Assembly: GCA_963828165.1 (NCBI GenBank)
Contig: CAWHDR010000001.1
Location: 384,001-448,000 of the forward strand
Length of the DNA: 64,000 bases
Direction of reading: 5' to 3'
Origin: an uncultured Chloroflexia bacterium
GTDB taxonomy: Bacteria > Chloroflexota > Limnocylindria > Limnocylindrales > CSP1-4
Shown: positions 28,979-38,626 of the stretch, one piece after another
Layout: every line of letters starts with the position of its first letter
Position numbering within the stretch: the stretch's first letter is position 1
Notes under the pieces: model-generated
What the model was told of the DNA's origin: nothing
Database searches by the model: none
The model's input: only the letters and a program-made list of their open reading frames with translations
Position numbers and translations under genes: made by a program

Positions 28979-29914
28979 TCACGGGTCGGGTGAGGATGCG
29001 AATGCCCGGACCTCGGCCAGCGTCGGCGGGTCTGCGCCGGGCCGCGTGCAGCTCAGGGCCGCCACGCGCACCGCGACCCTCACGGAATCGCAGACCAGCT
29101 CCATGTTCACGAGTTCCTCACGGCCACGACCCGCGCCGACCCACGACGCCAGGAAACCGCCGCCGAACACGTCGCCTGCGCCCACGGTGTCGACGACATC
29201 AACGGGTGGGACGACCACCGACGCCCGTGCGGACCGGGTCCGGATCTCGACGTCGTCAGCGCCGTTGGTGCGCAGGACGACCGCCACGCCGTTCTCGAGC
29301 AGGCGCACGATCATCGACTCGGGGGTGTCATCGGGCGCCAGGTAGCGCAGGTCGTCGTCGCTGACCTTGATGACGTCTGCGCGGCGCGCGATGCGTTCGA
29401 TCCGGTCGCGGAACGCGAACGGATCCAGGGTCGCGGAGGGCCGGCAATTGGGATCGAGCATCACGAGCCGCCCGGTGTCGGAAGCAAGGACCAGTTGCTC
29501 GATGGTCGTGCCGACCGGCTCCAGGACCAACCCCAGCGTCCCGACGTGAAGCGCGTGGGCGTGCGAGACCGCGATGACGGCATCCGCCTCGTCGTGGGTC
29601 AAGCCAGCGGCGGACGTCCCATCGACGTCGAAGTGGTATGACGCGATGCCGCGCTCGTCGAGCTCGACCACGGCCATGGTCGTCGGATCGTCCGTCTCGA
29701 TGACGCCGTCGATGGACACGCCATCGCCGGCCAGGTTCGCCCGCAGGTCCCGCCCGTAGCGGTCGTTGGAGATCCGGCCGAGGAAGGTGACGGGCTGACC
29801 GAGGCGGGCGATCGTCCGGGCGGTGTTGTAGGGGCCGCCGCCTGCGTTCGCGGCCACGCTTCCGTCCGGCGCGACGATCAGGTCCATGAGGGCCTCGCCG
29901 ACGACGACGATCAT
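28979..29914 (-). CDS. PfkB family carbohydrate kinase (fructokinase-like)
   Basis: VVGEALMD, GGGPYNTA, DPNCR, IKVSDDD, DTVGAGD. Confidence 0.92.
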   Translation of the reverse strand: MIVVVGEALMDLIVAPDGSVAANAGGGPYNTARTIARLGQPVTFLGRISNDRYGRDLRANLAGDGVSIDGVIETDDPTTMAVVELDERGIASYHFDVDGTSAAGLTHDEADAVIAVSHAHALHVGTLGLVLEPVGTTIEQLVLASDTGRLVMLDPNCRPSATLDPFAFRDRIERIARRADVIKVSDDDLRYLAPDDTPESMIVRLLENGVAVVLRTNGADDVEIRTRSARASVVVPPVDVVDTVGAGDVFGGGFLASWVGAGRGREELVNMELVCDSVRVAVRVAALSCTRPGADPPTLAEVRAFASSPDP

Positions 29915-29947
29915 GGCTCGATGGTAGTCGGCGTGTAGCCTGCTGGA

Positions 29948-30688
29948 ATGAAGCGCGTGTCCGATGTCGAGGAACTGCTGGACGGGCCGCTCGACGATCC
30001 GGCCACCCTGCGTGGCAACCTGCGCGACCTCGAGCGGACGAATCGATGGCTCGGTGGGGCCAGGCTGTCGGCACGGGCGATCGATGTTCTGGCCGGAGAC
30101 CGCGCCACCCTGACCATCCTCGACGTCGGCACGGGTGCCGCCGATATCCCCGCCGCCCTGCTGGCCCGCGCAGCCCGGGACGGCCGTCACCTTCGGGTGA
30201 CCGGCATCGACAGCCGTCCCGAGGTCTTGTCCGCCGCGGTCGTGCGACAGCCGCGCCTGCGCATGACGCCGGGGCTCGAGCTGCACGTCGGCGACGGTCG
30301 CTCCCTCCCGTTTCCCGACAGCTCCTTCGACATCGCGCACGCTTCCCTGCTCCTCCACCATCTCGACCCGACGGCGGCGGTCGCGCTCCTGCGGGAGATG
30401 AGCCGCGTCGCGCGGCGCGGGATCGTCGTGAACGACCTCATCCGTGGCCGGTTGGCCTGGATCGGCGCCTGGCTGTTGAGCCACCTCGCGACGGGAAACC
30501 GCTATACGCGCCGCGACGCGCCGCTGTCGGTCCGTCGCGCGTACACGGTGACGGAGCTCACGTCCTTGATCGCGGCCGCGGGTCTCCGGGTGGAGTCGTC
30601 CATGGTCGGCGGACCGATCGGGCACCGAGTGGCCCTGGCCGCGACGGCGGCGCCCGTGGGTGCGCCTCCAGCGGGTACGTCCGCATGA
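29948..30688 (+). CDS. Class I SAM-dependent methyltransferase of the type usually beside type III PKS genes
   Basis: EELLDG...LRDLERTNRWLGG, ILDVGTGAADI, LLLHHL, VNDLIR, DAPLSVRRAYT. Confidence 0.85.
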   Translation: MKRVSDVEELLDGPLDDPATLRGNLRDLERTNRWLGGARLSARAIDVLAGDRATLTILDVGTGAADIPAALLARAARDGRHLRVTGIDSRPEVLSAAVVRQPRLRMTPGLELHVGDGRSLPFPDSSFDIAHASLLLHHLDPTAAVALLREMSRVARRGIVVNDLIRGRLAWIGAWLLSHLATGNRYTRRDAPLSVRRAYTVTELTSLIAAAGLRVESSMVGGPIGHRVALAATAAPVGAPPAGTSA

Positions 30689-31923
30689 CTGCGACGCCAG
30701 ATCCGGAGCCCGAGCTGGTCGACGTCGCGATCGTCGGGGGCGGGCTGGCGGGCTGCGCGCTTGCCACCGCGCTCGCGCAAGCCGGCATCGACGTCACCGT
30801 CTTCGAGCGACAGCCATCGTGGCGGTGGCGTGCCGGCGGCGTGTTCAGTTCGCCGGTCACCGTCCAGGCACTGCGGCGGCTCGGCGTCACCGAGCCCGTG
30901 ATCGCCCGGGTGGCACGCCCGATCCCCGCGATGCGCCTGGAGACGCCCGGCGGAGCGGTCGTCCGCCTGACGTACGGGACGGAACGCGGCGGGTCGCCGG
31001 CCGTGGGTTTCGATCGCTCCTCGCTCGATCCGACGCTCGAGGCGCTCGCGGCCACGGCCGGAGCCACCGTGCGGCGTGGCGTGTCTGTCGAGTCGGTCGA
31101 CCTGACGGGCGACCGGCCGGTCCTGACCATGCGGGACGCCCTCGGCACCAGCGCCCTTCGTTGCCGCATCGTGGTCGGTGCGGACGGCCCCCACTCGATC
31201 GTCGCCCGGGCGGCGGGCGTCGCCCGACCGAGCCGGCTCCCGGAGCGAGTCGGCCTGAGCTTTCACCTGGCCGACCCCCGCCGGGAGGCTTCGCTCGACG
31301 CACGCCTGCGGGTCTTCGACGGCGGGTACGTCGGGATCGCCCCGGTTCCCGGTGGGCGGGTCAACGTCGGGATCGTCCTGGGCCGGGCGTGGCGGGAGCC
31401 CCTCGCCCGCGACGGCGCCGCCACCGTGGCAGATGCGGTCGTCGCGGCCATCCCACCGGCGGACGACGATCCGGGCACCTGGCGCGACGCGGCGCGCTGC
31501 GACCAGCTCGCAGGAGCCGCCCCACTCGGCGGTCGCGTGACGCGTCGGGCCGGGCGGGGCTGGTTCCTGGTCGGGGACGCCGTCGGGTTCCTCGATCCGT
31601 TCACCGGTGAGGGCCTCCATCGCGCTCTCGTGTCCACGGAGCTCGCTGCGGCCGCGATCCGCGTTGCCCTGGACCGCCGGGAGCGTGCGGACCGGGCCGC
31701 CGCCGCCTACGACCGGGCGATGCGCCGTCGCTTCGCGGCCAAGGACGCGGTCTCCTGGCTGGTCCAGGCCTTCCTCGCCCGGCCCGCGGCCTTCGAGTAC
31801 GCGGCCCGCCGACTGGCCGTCCGGCCGGACGTTCGTGCGACGATGGGTCTCGTGATGGGTGATCTCGTGCCCGCATCCCGCGGCTTGGACCCCCGGTTCC
31901 TCGCCTCGTTGCTCGCCCCATGA
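30685..31923 (+). CDS. NAD(P)/FAD-dependent oxidoreductase (geranylgeranyl reductase / aromatic hydroxylase fold)
   Basis: IVGGGLAG, VVGADG, LVGDAVGFLDPFTGEG; ATGA overlap with the methyltransferase. Confidence 0.88.
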   Translation: MTATPDPEPELVDVAIVGGGLAGCALATALAQAGIDVTVFERQPSWRWRAGGVFSSPVTVQALRRLGVTEPVIARVARPIPAMRLETPGGAVVRLTYGTERGGSPAVGFDRSSLDPTLEALAATAGATVRRGVSVESVDLTGDRPVLTMRDALGTSALRCRIVVGADGPHSIVARAAGVARPSRLPERVGLSFHLADPRREASLDARLRVFDGGYVGIAPVPGGRVNVGIVLGRAWREPLARDGAATVADAVVAAIPPADDDPGTWRDAARCDQLAGAAPLGGRVTRRAGRGWFLVGDAVGFLDPFTGEGLHRALVSTELAAAAIRVALDRRERADRAAAAYDRAMRRRFAAKDAVSWLVQAFLARPAAFEYAARRLAVRPDVRATMGLVMGDLVPASRGLDPRFLASLLAP

Positions 31924-32402
31924 GCGGGGACGATCGCGCGGACCCGCGAGAAGGATCAGCCGCGGGCGGCGGCGCGGACCGCACGCGGGTGGCCGCGTAC
32001 GCCGTCACGCACGACGACGATGACCGCATCCTGCTGTGCCACATCGCCCCGTCGGTGGGAGTCGGCGACATCTGGACGCTACCTGGCGGCGCCCTCGAGT
32101 ACGGCGAACCTCCGGAAGCCGCGGTCCTGCGCGAGCTCGCCGAGGAGACCGGCTATACCGGTGAGCTGGAGGGTCTCGTCGGCGTCATCGACCGCCTGTT
32201 CCACGAGGGCAGCGCCGGCGGTCGGCTCCATGCGATCCGCATCCTGTACCGCGTTCGGATCGTCGGCGGCGAGCTGCGCGACGAGCCGGACGGCTCGACC
32301 GACACGTGCCGCTGGTTCGCACGGTCGGAGGCGCGCGGCCTCCGCCTGGGAGAGCTCGCGCGGTACGCGCTCGATCACTCGCGCGCGGGCGCGACGAGCT
32401 GA
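31920..32402 (+). CDS. NUDIX hydrolase
   Basis: Nudix box GGALEYGEPPEAAVLRELAEETGY. Confidence 0.9.
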   Translation: MSGDDRADPREGSAAGGGADRTRVAAYAVTHDDDDRILLCHIAPSVGVGDIWTLPGGALEYGEPPEAAVLRELAEETGYTGELEGLVGVIDRLFHEGSAGGRLHAIRILYRVRIVGGELRDEPDGSTDTCRWFARSEARGLRLGELARYALDHSRAGATS

Positions 32403-32421
32403 CGGCGAGGCAGGCGACCCG

Positions 32422-32928
32422 ATGCACAGCGAGATCGCGATCCGGATCGCCGCTCCAGCCGACCTGGTGTTCGCTCTCGCGCACGACGTCGAGCGGTGGG
32501 CGGCTCTGCTCCCCCACTACGCGCGGTCCGTGGCGGTCGATCGGCACTCGGACGGAAGCGTGGTCGCGGATTTCATCGCGTACCGGACACTGATCGGCGT
32601 GCTGGGACTCGGACTGCCGGTGACCTGGCGTTCGCGGACCTGGTCGGAGCCCGCGTCCCGGCGCCTCCGCTTCGTCCACGTCGCCGGCGCGACGCGGGGG
32701 ATGGACGTGACCTGGCGCATCGAACCTTCCGCGTCCGAGCGCGACGCGTCCACGGTCACGATCGAGCACGAATTCGCGCCCCGGCTGCCGGGCTTCGCGG
32801 CATTCGTCGATCGGTTCTTCACGCGGCCGATCGCGGGACGGACCCTGGCGACGTTCAAGGCGCTTGCCGAGGCCTTGCACCAGGTGCCGCAGTCCGGGAC
32901 CGCCGACCCGACGAATCTATCGACATGA
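32422..32928 (+). CDS. SRPBCC/START polyketide cyclase/aromatase-like protein
   Basis: IAAPADLVFALAHDVERWAALLPHY, VTWRS, GMDVTWRIEP; TcmN/WhiE-ARO-like layout. Confidence 0.8.
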   Translation: MHSEIAIRIAAPADLVFALAHDVERWAALLPHYARSVAVDRHSDGSVVADFIAYRTLIGVLGLGLPVTWRSRTWSEPASRRLRFVHVAGATRGMDVTWRIEPSASERDASTVTIEHEFAPRLPGFAAFVDRFFTRPIAGRTLATFKALAEALHQVPQSGTADPTNLST

Positions 32929-34188
32929 GCGACCGCCGACGGATCTGGATCACGGGTATCGGTCTGGTCACGCCGATCGGAACGGGCGTCGATGCGTTCC
33001 GGGACGGGTTGCGCGAAGGCCGCTCGCCGATCAAGCGGATCGATCGATTCGATGCATCCGCGTTCCGCTCCCAGGTCGCCGCCCAGGTCGACGACTTCGA
33101 CCCGCTGGCGTGGATGCCGCCGAAGACCGCGCGCCAACTCGACCGGTTCAGCCAGTTCGGGATGGTGGCCGGCCGTCTTGCGCTGGATGACGCGCGCCTG
33201 GTTCCCGGCACGGACGGCGGGGCCAGCCCGGAGCGCATCGGGATCTACCTCGGTTCGGCGCTCGGGGGCATCGCCTACGCCGAGGAACAGCACGAGCGCT
33301 ACCTCGAGAAGGGGATCCGCCAGGTCGCCCCGAACCTCGCACTGGCGGTCTTCGGCGGCGCGGCCCCGGCCAACCTCGGCATCGCGCTCGACGTCCGCGG
33401 GCCGATCCTGTCCACGGCCAATTCCTGTGCCTCGGGTGCGGTCGCGCTGGGCGAGGCGCTCGGCGACCTGCGCGAAGGCCGCGTCGACGCGGCGATCGCC
33501 GGCGGCTGCGAGATCCCGCTGTCGCCGCTCGCGTTCGGTGCGTTCGACATCATCCGAGCCCTGTCCGCGGGCCACAACGACGAGCCGGACTGCGCCGCGC
33601 GGCCGTTCGATATGGGGCGCGACGGCTTCGTCATGGGCGAGGGCGCGGCGCTGCTCGTGCTGGAGGATGCCGAGGCGGCCGCGCGTCGCGGCGCGACGCC
33701 ATACGCCGAGCTGCTCGGCTACGGGGCCACGTCAGATGCCCACCACATGGTCCAGCCGCGGGCCGACGGGCGCGAGGCGGCGCGCGCCGCATCGATCGCG
33801 CTGCAGGACGCGGACACGGCGCCCGATGCGATCGACTACGTCAACGCCCACGCGTCCTCGACACCGATCGGCGACGTGGCCGAGGCGCGCGCGATCGTGA
33901 CGGCCCTGGGCGAGCGGGCCCGAACGGTCCCGGTGAGCGGCACGAAGGCGCTGTATGGACATCCACTCGGGGCGTCGGGGGCGATCGAGGCCGCGATCTG
34001 CGCCCTCGCGATCCGCGACGGCTGGGCGCCTTCGTCGGTCAACCTGGTCGAGCCCGATCCTGACTCGGCGGCGCTCCTGCCCGGTCTCCTGCGCGAAGGC
34101 CGGGCCGGGACCTACCGGCGGGCTGCTGAGCACCTCGTTCGGCTTCGGCGGCCTGAACGCGGCGCTGGTACTGGGCGCCGTCGACTGA
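32925..34188 (+). CDS. Beta-ketoacyl-ACP synthase (FabF/KS-alpha-like); apparent 1-nt insertion at 34123
   Basis: ITGIGLVTPIG, catalytic NSCASG, RPFD..RDGFVMGEGA, NAHASST, KALYGHPLGASG; STSFGFGG in the shifted frame. Confidence 0.9.
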
Positions 34189-35513
34189 GCCGCCGCGCTC
34201 TCGGTGGCCATCTCGACGGCCGGCGCAGAAGCCCGCGGTCCGATGCTCGCCGGCGACGGGGAGCCGATCCGACGCCACCAGACGTACGCACCCGCCCCGA
34301 CCGCCAGCGACAGCAGGCCGCCGACGGCCACGGTCATCGGGATCCCGGCTGCAGACGCGAGCGCGCCGGCGGCGATGCCGCCGATCGGCATGGAGGCCGA
34401 GAAGACCGTGGTGTAGACGCTCATCACGCGCCCACGCAGGCCATCGGGTACGGACAGCTGGATGGTCGCATTGGCCGTGGCCGCCATCGTGATGCCACCG
34501 GCGCCGATGGGGATCATCAGCGCGAGCGACAACGGGAACGACGTCGAAAACGCCAGCGCCACCGAGGCGATCCCGAGGATGACCGCGCCGAGAGCGATGC
34601 GGATCGGGCGCGGCCGCCCACCGATGACCAGCGCGACCGCGGCGCCGAGCGCGCCGAGACCGGAGGCGGTCATGAGGAATCCGTAGCCCGTGGCATCGCT
34701 GCCGAGCACGTTCGCGGCGAGTGGCGGGATGATGACCGTGAAATTCATGCCGACGGTCGCGACGAGGCCGACGACCGTGACGGCGAGCAGCACGACCGGG
34801 GTGTCGCGGACGAAGCGCAGCCCCTCGCCCAGGTGCGTGAAGACCTCGCGGACGGATTCCGGCCGCGGCACCAGCCGCGCCATCTGGAGCTCGCTGTCGC
34901 GCATCATGCGCAGGCCGATGATGACCGCCACGAAGCTCACGGCGTTGATCGTGAAGGCGGTCGCGATGCCGAACAGGCCGATCGTCAGCCCGGCTACGGC
35001 CGGGCCAACGACGCGGGCGCCATTGAACATCGCCGAGTTGAGCGCCACGGCGTTGCCCACATCGCGCGGACCGACCATCTCGTAGGCGAACGACTGGCGG
35101 GCCGGCATGTCGACGGCGTTCGCGCAGCCGAGCAGCACCGCGAGCAGCACGATGTGCCAGACCTGTACGAGGCCCGTCGCCGTGAGGAAGGCCAGGATCG
35201 CCGCGAGCACCATCATCACGACCTGGGCCGCGATGAGGGTCCGCCGCTTGGGCAGGACGTCCGCGAGGATGCCCGCGAACAGACCAAGGACCATGACCGG
35301 CAGGAACTGGGCGGCGGCCACGACCCCCAGCCACAGCGGATCGCCCCCGGTGATGGTCAGCACGAGCCATGCCTGCGCGACCTGCTGCATCCACGTGCCG
35401 ACGAGCGAGATCGCCTGGCCGGCGAAGAAGAGCCGGTAGTTTCGGTGCCGGAACGCGGTCATCGCCTTCGTGCGCACGATGTTGCGCGGCGCCAGGGCGG
35501 ACGGCCCGATCAT
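34112..35513 (-). CDS. MFS transporter (MFS_3/EntS-like); natural stop at 34112 once the 34123 insertion is removed
   Basis: AFRHRNYRLFFAGQAISLVGTWMQ, DMPARQSF, NAVALNS, LRGRVMSVY. Confidence 0.88.
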
Positions 35514-36034
35514 CGGCGGGATCCCCTCGTGGGAAGCGGTCCGGGATGCGGTCCGCCACCCGGATGCGGATCGGGGCCTCCGTCGAGATTGGCGAGATGC
35601 TCATCGAGATGGCGCCGCCGGCCACGAGCGTCGGCGATCATCGAGTCGAGGCGGGCGCGCTTGGCGACGAGCGTTTCGATCTGCCGATCGACCCGGGCGG
35701 TCGCGTCCTTGAGCAAGGCGCGTCGCTCGGCCTTGTCGCCGGTCGTGCGGAACCGCTGCCGATTGCGTTCGCGGGCGGCCTCGTCCTCGAGCAGCTGACC
35801 GATCTGGGCAAGCGAGAATCCGGCGTCATCACGGAGGGAGCGGATGAAGCGCAGGCGCTCCAGGTCGGACGCATCGAACAGCCGGTAGGCGCCGTCCGAT
35901 CGGGCGGCGGGCTCCAGGAGGCCCATCTCTTCGTAGTAGCGGATCGCGCGGGTCGTCAGACCGGTCTCGGCGGCGACATCCTGGATCCTGAGAAGGGCAG
36001 GCTCGGCGGGGGTCGCGAGGGTCTTCGTGGGCAT
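35510..36034 (-). CDS. MerR family transcriptional regulator
   Basis: LRIQDVAAETGLTTRAIRYYEEMGLL..RSDGAYRLF; coiled-coil C-terminus; no Cys. Confidence 0.93.
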   Translation of the reverse strand: MPTKTLATPAEPALLRIQDVAAETGLTTRAIRYYEEMGLLEPAARSDGAYRLFDASDLERLRFIRSLRDDAGFSLAQIGQLLEDEAARERNRQRFRTTGDKAERRALLKDATARVDRQIETLVAKRARLDSMIADARGRRRHLDEHLANLDGGPDPHPGGGPHPGPLPTRGSRR

Positions 36035-36052
36035 CCCATCAACGATACCACA

Positions 36053-36074
36053 ACCTTCACGTTCACGTGAAGGT
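36053..36074. promoter_or_regulatory. MerR-type operator
   Basis: Perfect inverted repeat ACCTTCACGT-TC-ACGTGAAGGT directly upstream of the merR -10 (TG-N-TATCGT, minus strand). Confidence 0.8.
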
Positions 36075-36209
36075 CATGGGCGCGCGACGACCCGGCTCGT
36101 GGTGGATGACGTTCGTCCATGCGGGGACTCGACGACGATCGGTGGTCCGGCAACGGGCCGTGACGCGACGATGGCCGCATCGACCTATCGCGCATCCCCG
36201 GAGACCATC

Positions 36210-36386
36210 GTGACCGAATTCGTGAGCCTGCTGCTCGTTGTCGTCGGATCTGCGTTCCTGTATATCGCCGCCGCCAAGCTCGGTGCCGGCCCGCAGGACG
36301 CGATCGACGCCCTATTCGCCAGCCCGATGCCGCCCGCTCGCCCGCGCGGCGTTCAGGAGAACGACCTGCCCCGCTTCGCCTTCTAG
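36210..36386 (+). CDS. Small single-TM hypothetical protein (58 aa)
   Basis: GGAGA SD; N-terminal hydrophobic helix, then RPRGVQENDLPRF. Confidence 0.6.
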   Translation: MTEFVSLLLVVVGSAFLYIAAAKLGAGPQDAIDALFASPMPPARPRGVQENDLPRFAF

Positions 36387-36393
36387 CCCGAAG

Positions 36394-36413
36394 AGATCGC
36401 CCGTGGGCGATCT
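36394..36413. terminator. Hairpin between convergent genes
   Basis: AGATCGCCC-GT-GGGCGATCT. Confidence 0.55.
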
Positions 36414-36417
36414 ATGG

Positions 36418-37411
36418 TCAGTCGAGCGTGAAGTAGTCCGGGTCCTGGTAGCGGCCCGTCCGCTGGAACTCGATCTGCATCAGCACGTCGTTGAGCAGCG
36501 ACGACGCGCCGAAGCGGAACCAGTCCGGTGACATCCAGCGCGGCCCGAGCGTCTCGTACAGGATCACGAGGTACTGGATCGCCTCCTTGGCGGTCCGGAT
36601 CCCACCCGCGGGCTTCATCCCCACCTGGCGCCCGGTCGCCCGCTCGAAGTCGCGGATCGCCTCGAGCATCACGAGGGTGACCGGCATCGTCGCGGCCGGC
36701 TCCACCTTGCCGGTCGAGGTCTTGATGAAGTCGGCGCCGGCCGCCATCGCCAGGATCGACGCGCGCCGCACGTTGTCGTAGGTCTCGAGCTCGCCCGTCT
36801 CGAGGATGACCTTCAAGTGCGCCTCGCCGGCCGCCTCCTTGACCTCGACGATCTCCTCGAACACCGTCGCGTAGTCGCCCATCAGGAACGCCCCGCGGTC
36901 GATGACCATGTCGATCTCATCTGCCCCGGCTTCCACCGACGCGCGCGTCTCGGCGAGCTTGATGTCGCGGAACGTCTGGCCGCTGGGGAAGCCGGTCGCG
37001 ACGCTGGCGACCTTGACGCCGCTCCCCTTCAACGCGTCCTTGGCCTCGGCCACGAGCGCGGGGTAGACGCACAGCGCCGCAACGGACGGGATCGTCGGGT
37101 CGCCCGGCTTGGGATGCATCGCCTTGACGGCCAGCGCCCGGATCTTCCCCGCTGTGTCCTTCCCCTCGAGCGTCGTGAGATCCATCATCCGGATCGCCAG
37201 ATCGAGTGCCCAGACCTTCGACGCCTTCTTGATGGAACGCCGCTTGAGCGCATCGACCCGTTCCTCGACGCCTACCTGGTCGACCGTGCTGACCCGCCCG
37301 AGCAGGCTGCCGAGGGGATCGCCGATGGAACGCGAGCGGCCGTCCCACGCACGAATTCAGCTCGTTGGCGCGCTGGCGGGCGAGGGTCTCGGGGCGCTTG
37401 GTGGCCGTCAT
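36418..37411 (-). CDS. deoC: Deoxyribose-phosphate aldolase; apparent 1-nt insertion near 37355
   Basis: VDQVGVEER..RRSIKK, MDLTTLEG, VATGFP, LKVILETGEL, DFIKTSTGK, KPAGGIR, FRFGASSLL. Confidence 0.93.
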
Positions 37412-37442
37412 GGGACGGTGAGGATACCGCTATCGTGTAGGC

Positions 37443-37946
37443 ATGCCTACACGACCACGCGCTCCCGTCCGCCTGGGCCTGGCCGGAGCGCTCGTCGCGC
37501 TCGTGCTCGCCCTTGCCGTGCCGACCGTCCTCGCCGCCTCGCGAGCGGTCTCCATCCAGGACTTCGCCTTCTCGCCACGGACCGTCGAGATCCGTGTCGG
37601 CGATACGGTGAGGTGGACGAACCGCGACAGCGTCGCCCACTCGGCGACGGCTCGGAACGGCTCGTTCGATACCGGGTTGCTCTCGGATGGGGAGTCGGGC
37701 TCGGTCCGATTCACGGCAGCCGGGACCTATCGCTACATCTGCACGCCGCACCCGGATATGACGGGGACGGTGGTGGTCCGGTCGGCCGGCACGGGCATCG
37801 TCCCGCCGAACACCGCGACGGTCTCGGCCGATGCCGCGCCGATGGCCGCAGCCGACGATCTGCCGCTCGGCCCCCTCGCCATCGTCGCCGGGGCCGCGTT
37901 CCTGCTTGCCCAGCGCTTCATGCCACGGCGGCGGACGACGCCATGA
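37443..37946 (+). CDS. Secreted cupredoxin (plastocyanin/amicyanin-like) with C-terminal anchor
   Basis: Signal peptide; AHSAT His ligand; YICTPHPDMTG type-1 copper motif; PPNTA + TM + RRR tail. Confidence 0.88.
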   Translation: MPTRPRAPVRLGLAGALVALVLALAVPTVLAASRAVSIQDFAFSPRTVEIRVGDTVRWTNRDSVAHSATARNGSFDTGLLSDGESGSVRFTAAGTYRYICTPHPDMTGTVVVRSAGTGIVPPNTATVSADAAPMAAADDLPLGPLAIVAGAAFLLAQRFMPRRRTTP

Positions 37947-38042
37947 CCTCGCGGACGGCCCGCACCGAAGCCGTCCGCCAAACCACCGATCGCTCGTCGA
38001 CGTAGCCCAGTAGGAGTGGCAGGAGTGAGGAGGAGGTCCGGG

Positions 38043-38540
38043 ATGGCTCGCATGCGACGTTGGCGGACGGCGGCGACGATGGTGGCGCTCGCAGCTTGGT
38101 TGCTCGCAAGTCCGGTCCGGGCGGCCGATAGCGGCGTCGCGATCGCGAACTTCGCGTACGACCCCCCGACCGTGACGATCCAGGTCGGGAACGTCGTCAC
38201 CTGGACGAATCAGGACAGCACGGCGCACACGGCCACGGCGAGCGACGGCTCGTTCGACACGGGTCAGCTCGCCAACGGCGCATTCGAGACGGTCCCGTTC
38301 GACACGGCGGGGACGTTCGACTACGTCTGTTCCATCCACCCACAGATGACCGGCACGATCGTGGTCGAGGCGGCGTCGACGGGCGGAGGCTCGGAGACCA
38401 CGCCCGCCCCGACCGATGCCGTCGCCGATGACGCAGGAGACGGGGCCTGGCTCGGGATCACCCTTGCCCTGGCCCTCCTCGGCATCGTGATGCTCGTGGG
38501 CACGGTCGTGGCCGACCGGCGGTTCCGCGCACGCAGGTAG
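38043..38540 (+). CDS. Secreted cupredoxin paralog with C-terminal anchor
   Basis: Signal peptide; AHTAT; YVCSIHPQMTG; PAPTD + TM + RRFRARR. Confidence 0.88.
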   Translation: MARMRRWRTAATMVALAAWLLASPVRAADSGVAIANFAYDPPTVTIQVGNVVTWTNQDSTAHTATASDGSFDTGQLANGAFETVPFDTAGTFDYVCSIHPQMTGTIVVEAASTGGGSETTPAPTDAVADDAGDGAWLGITLALALLGIVMLVGTVVADRRFRARR

Positions 38541-38626
38541 GCAAGGGCGCCGCTCTCGGCAGGAGCCATATCTAGACAACACTCCGCCGAACCGGGCTGG
38601 TCGCGAGGGCTACCATCGAAGCCACG

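Noticed and set aside
32496-35798. Apparent 1100-aa ketosynthase fusion protein
   Set aside because: Artefact of the 34123 insertion reading on into the antisense of the MFS gene
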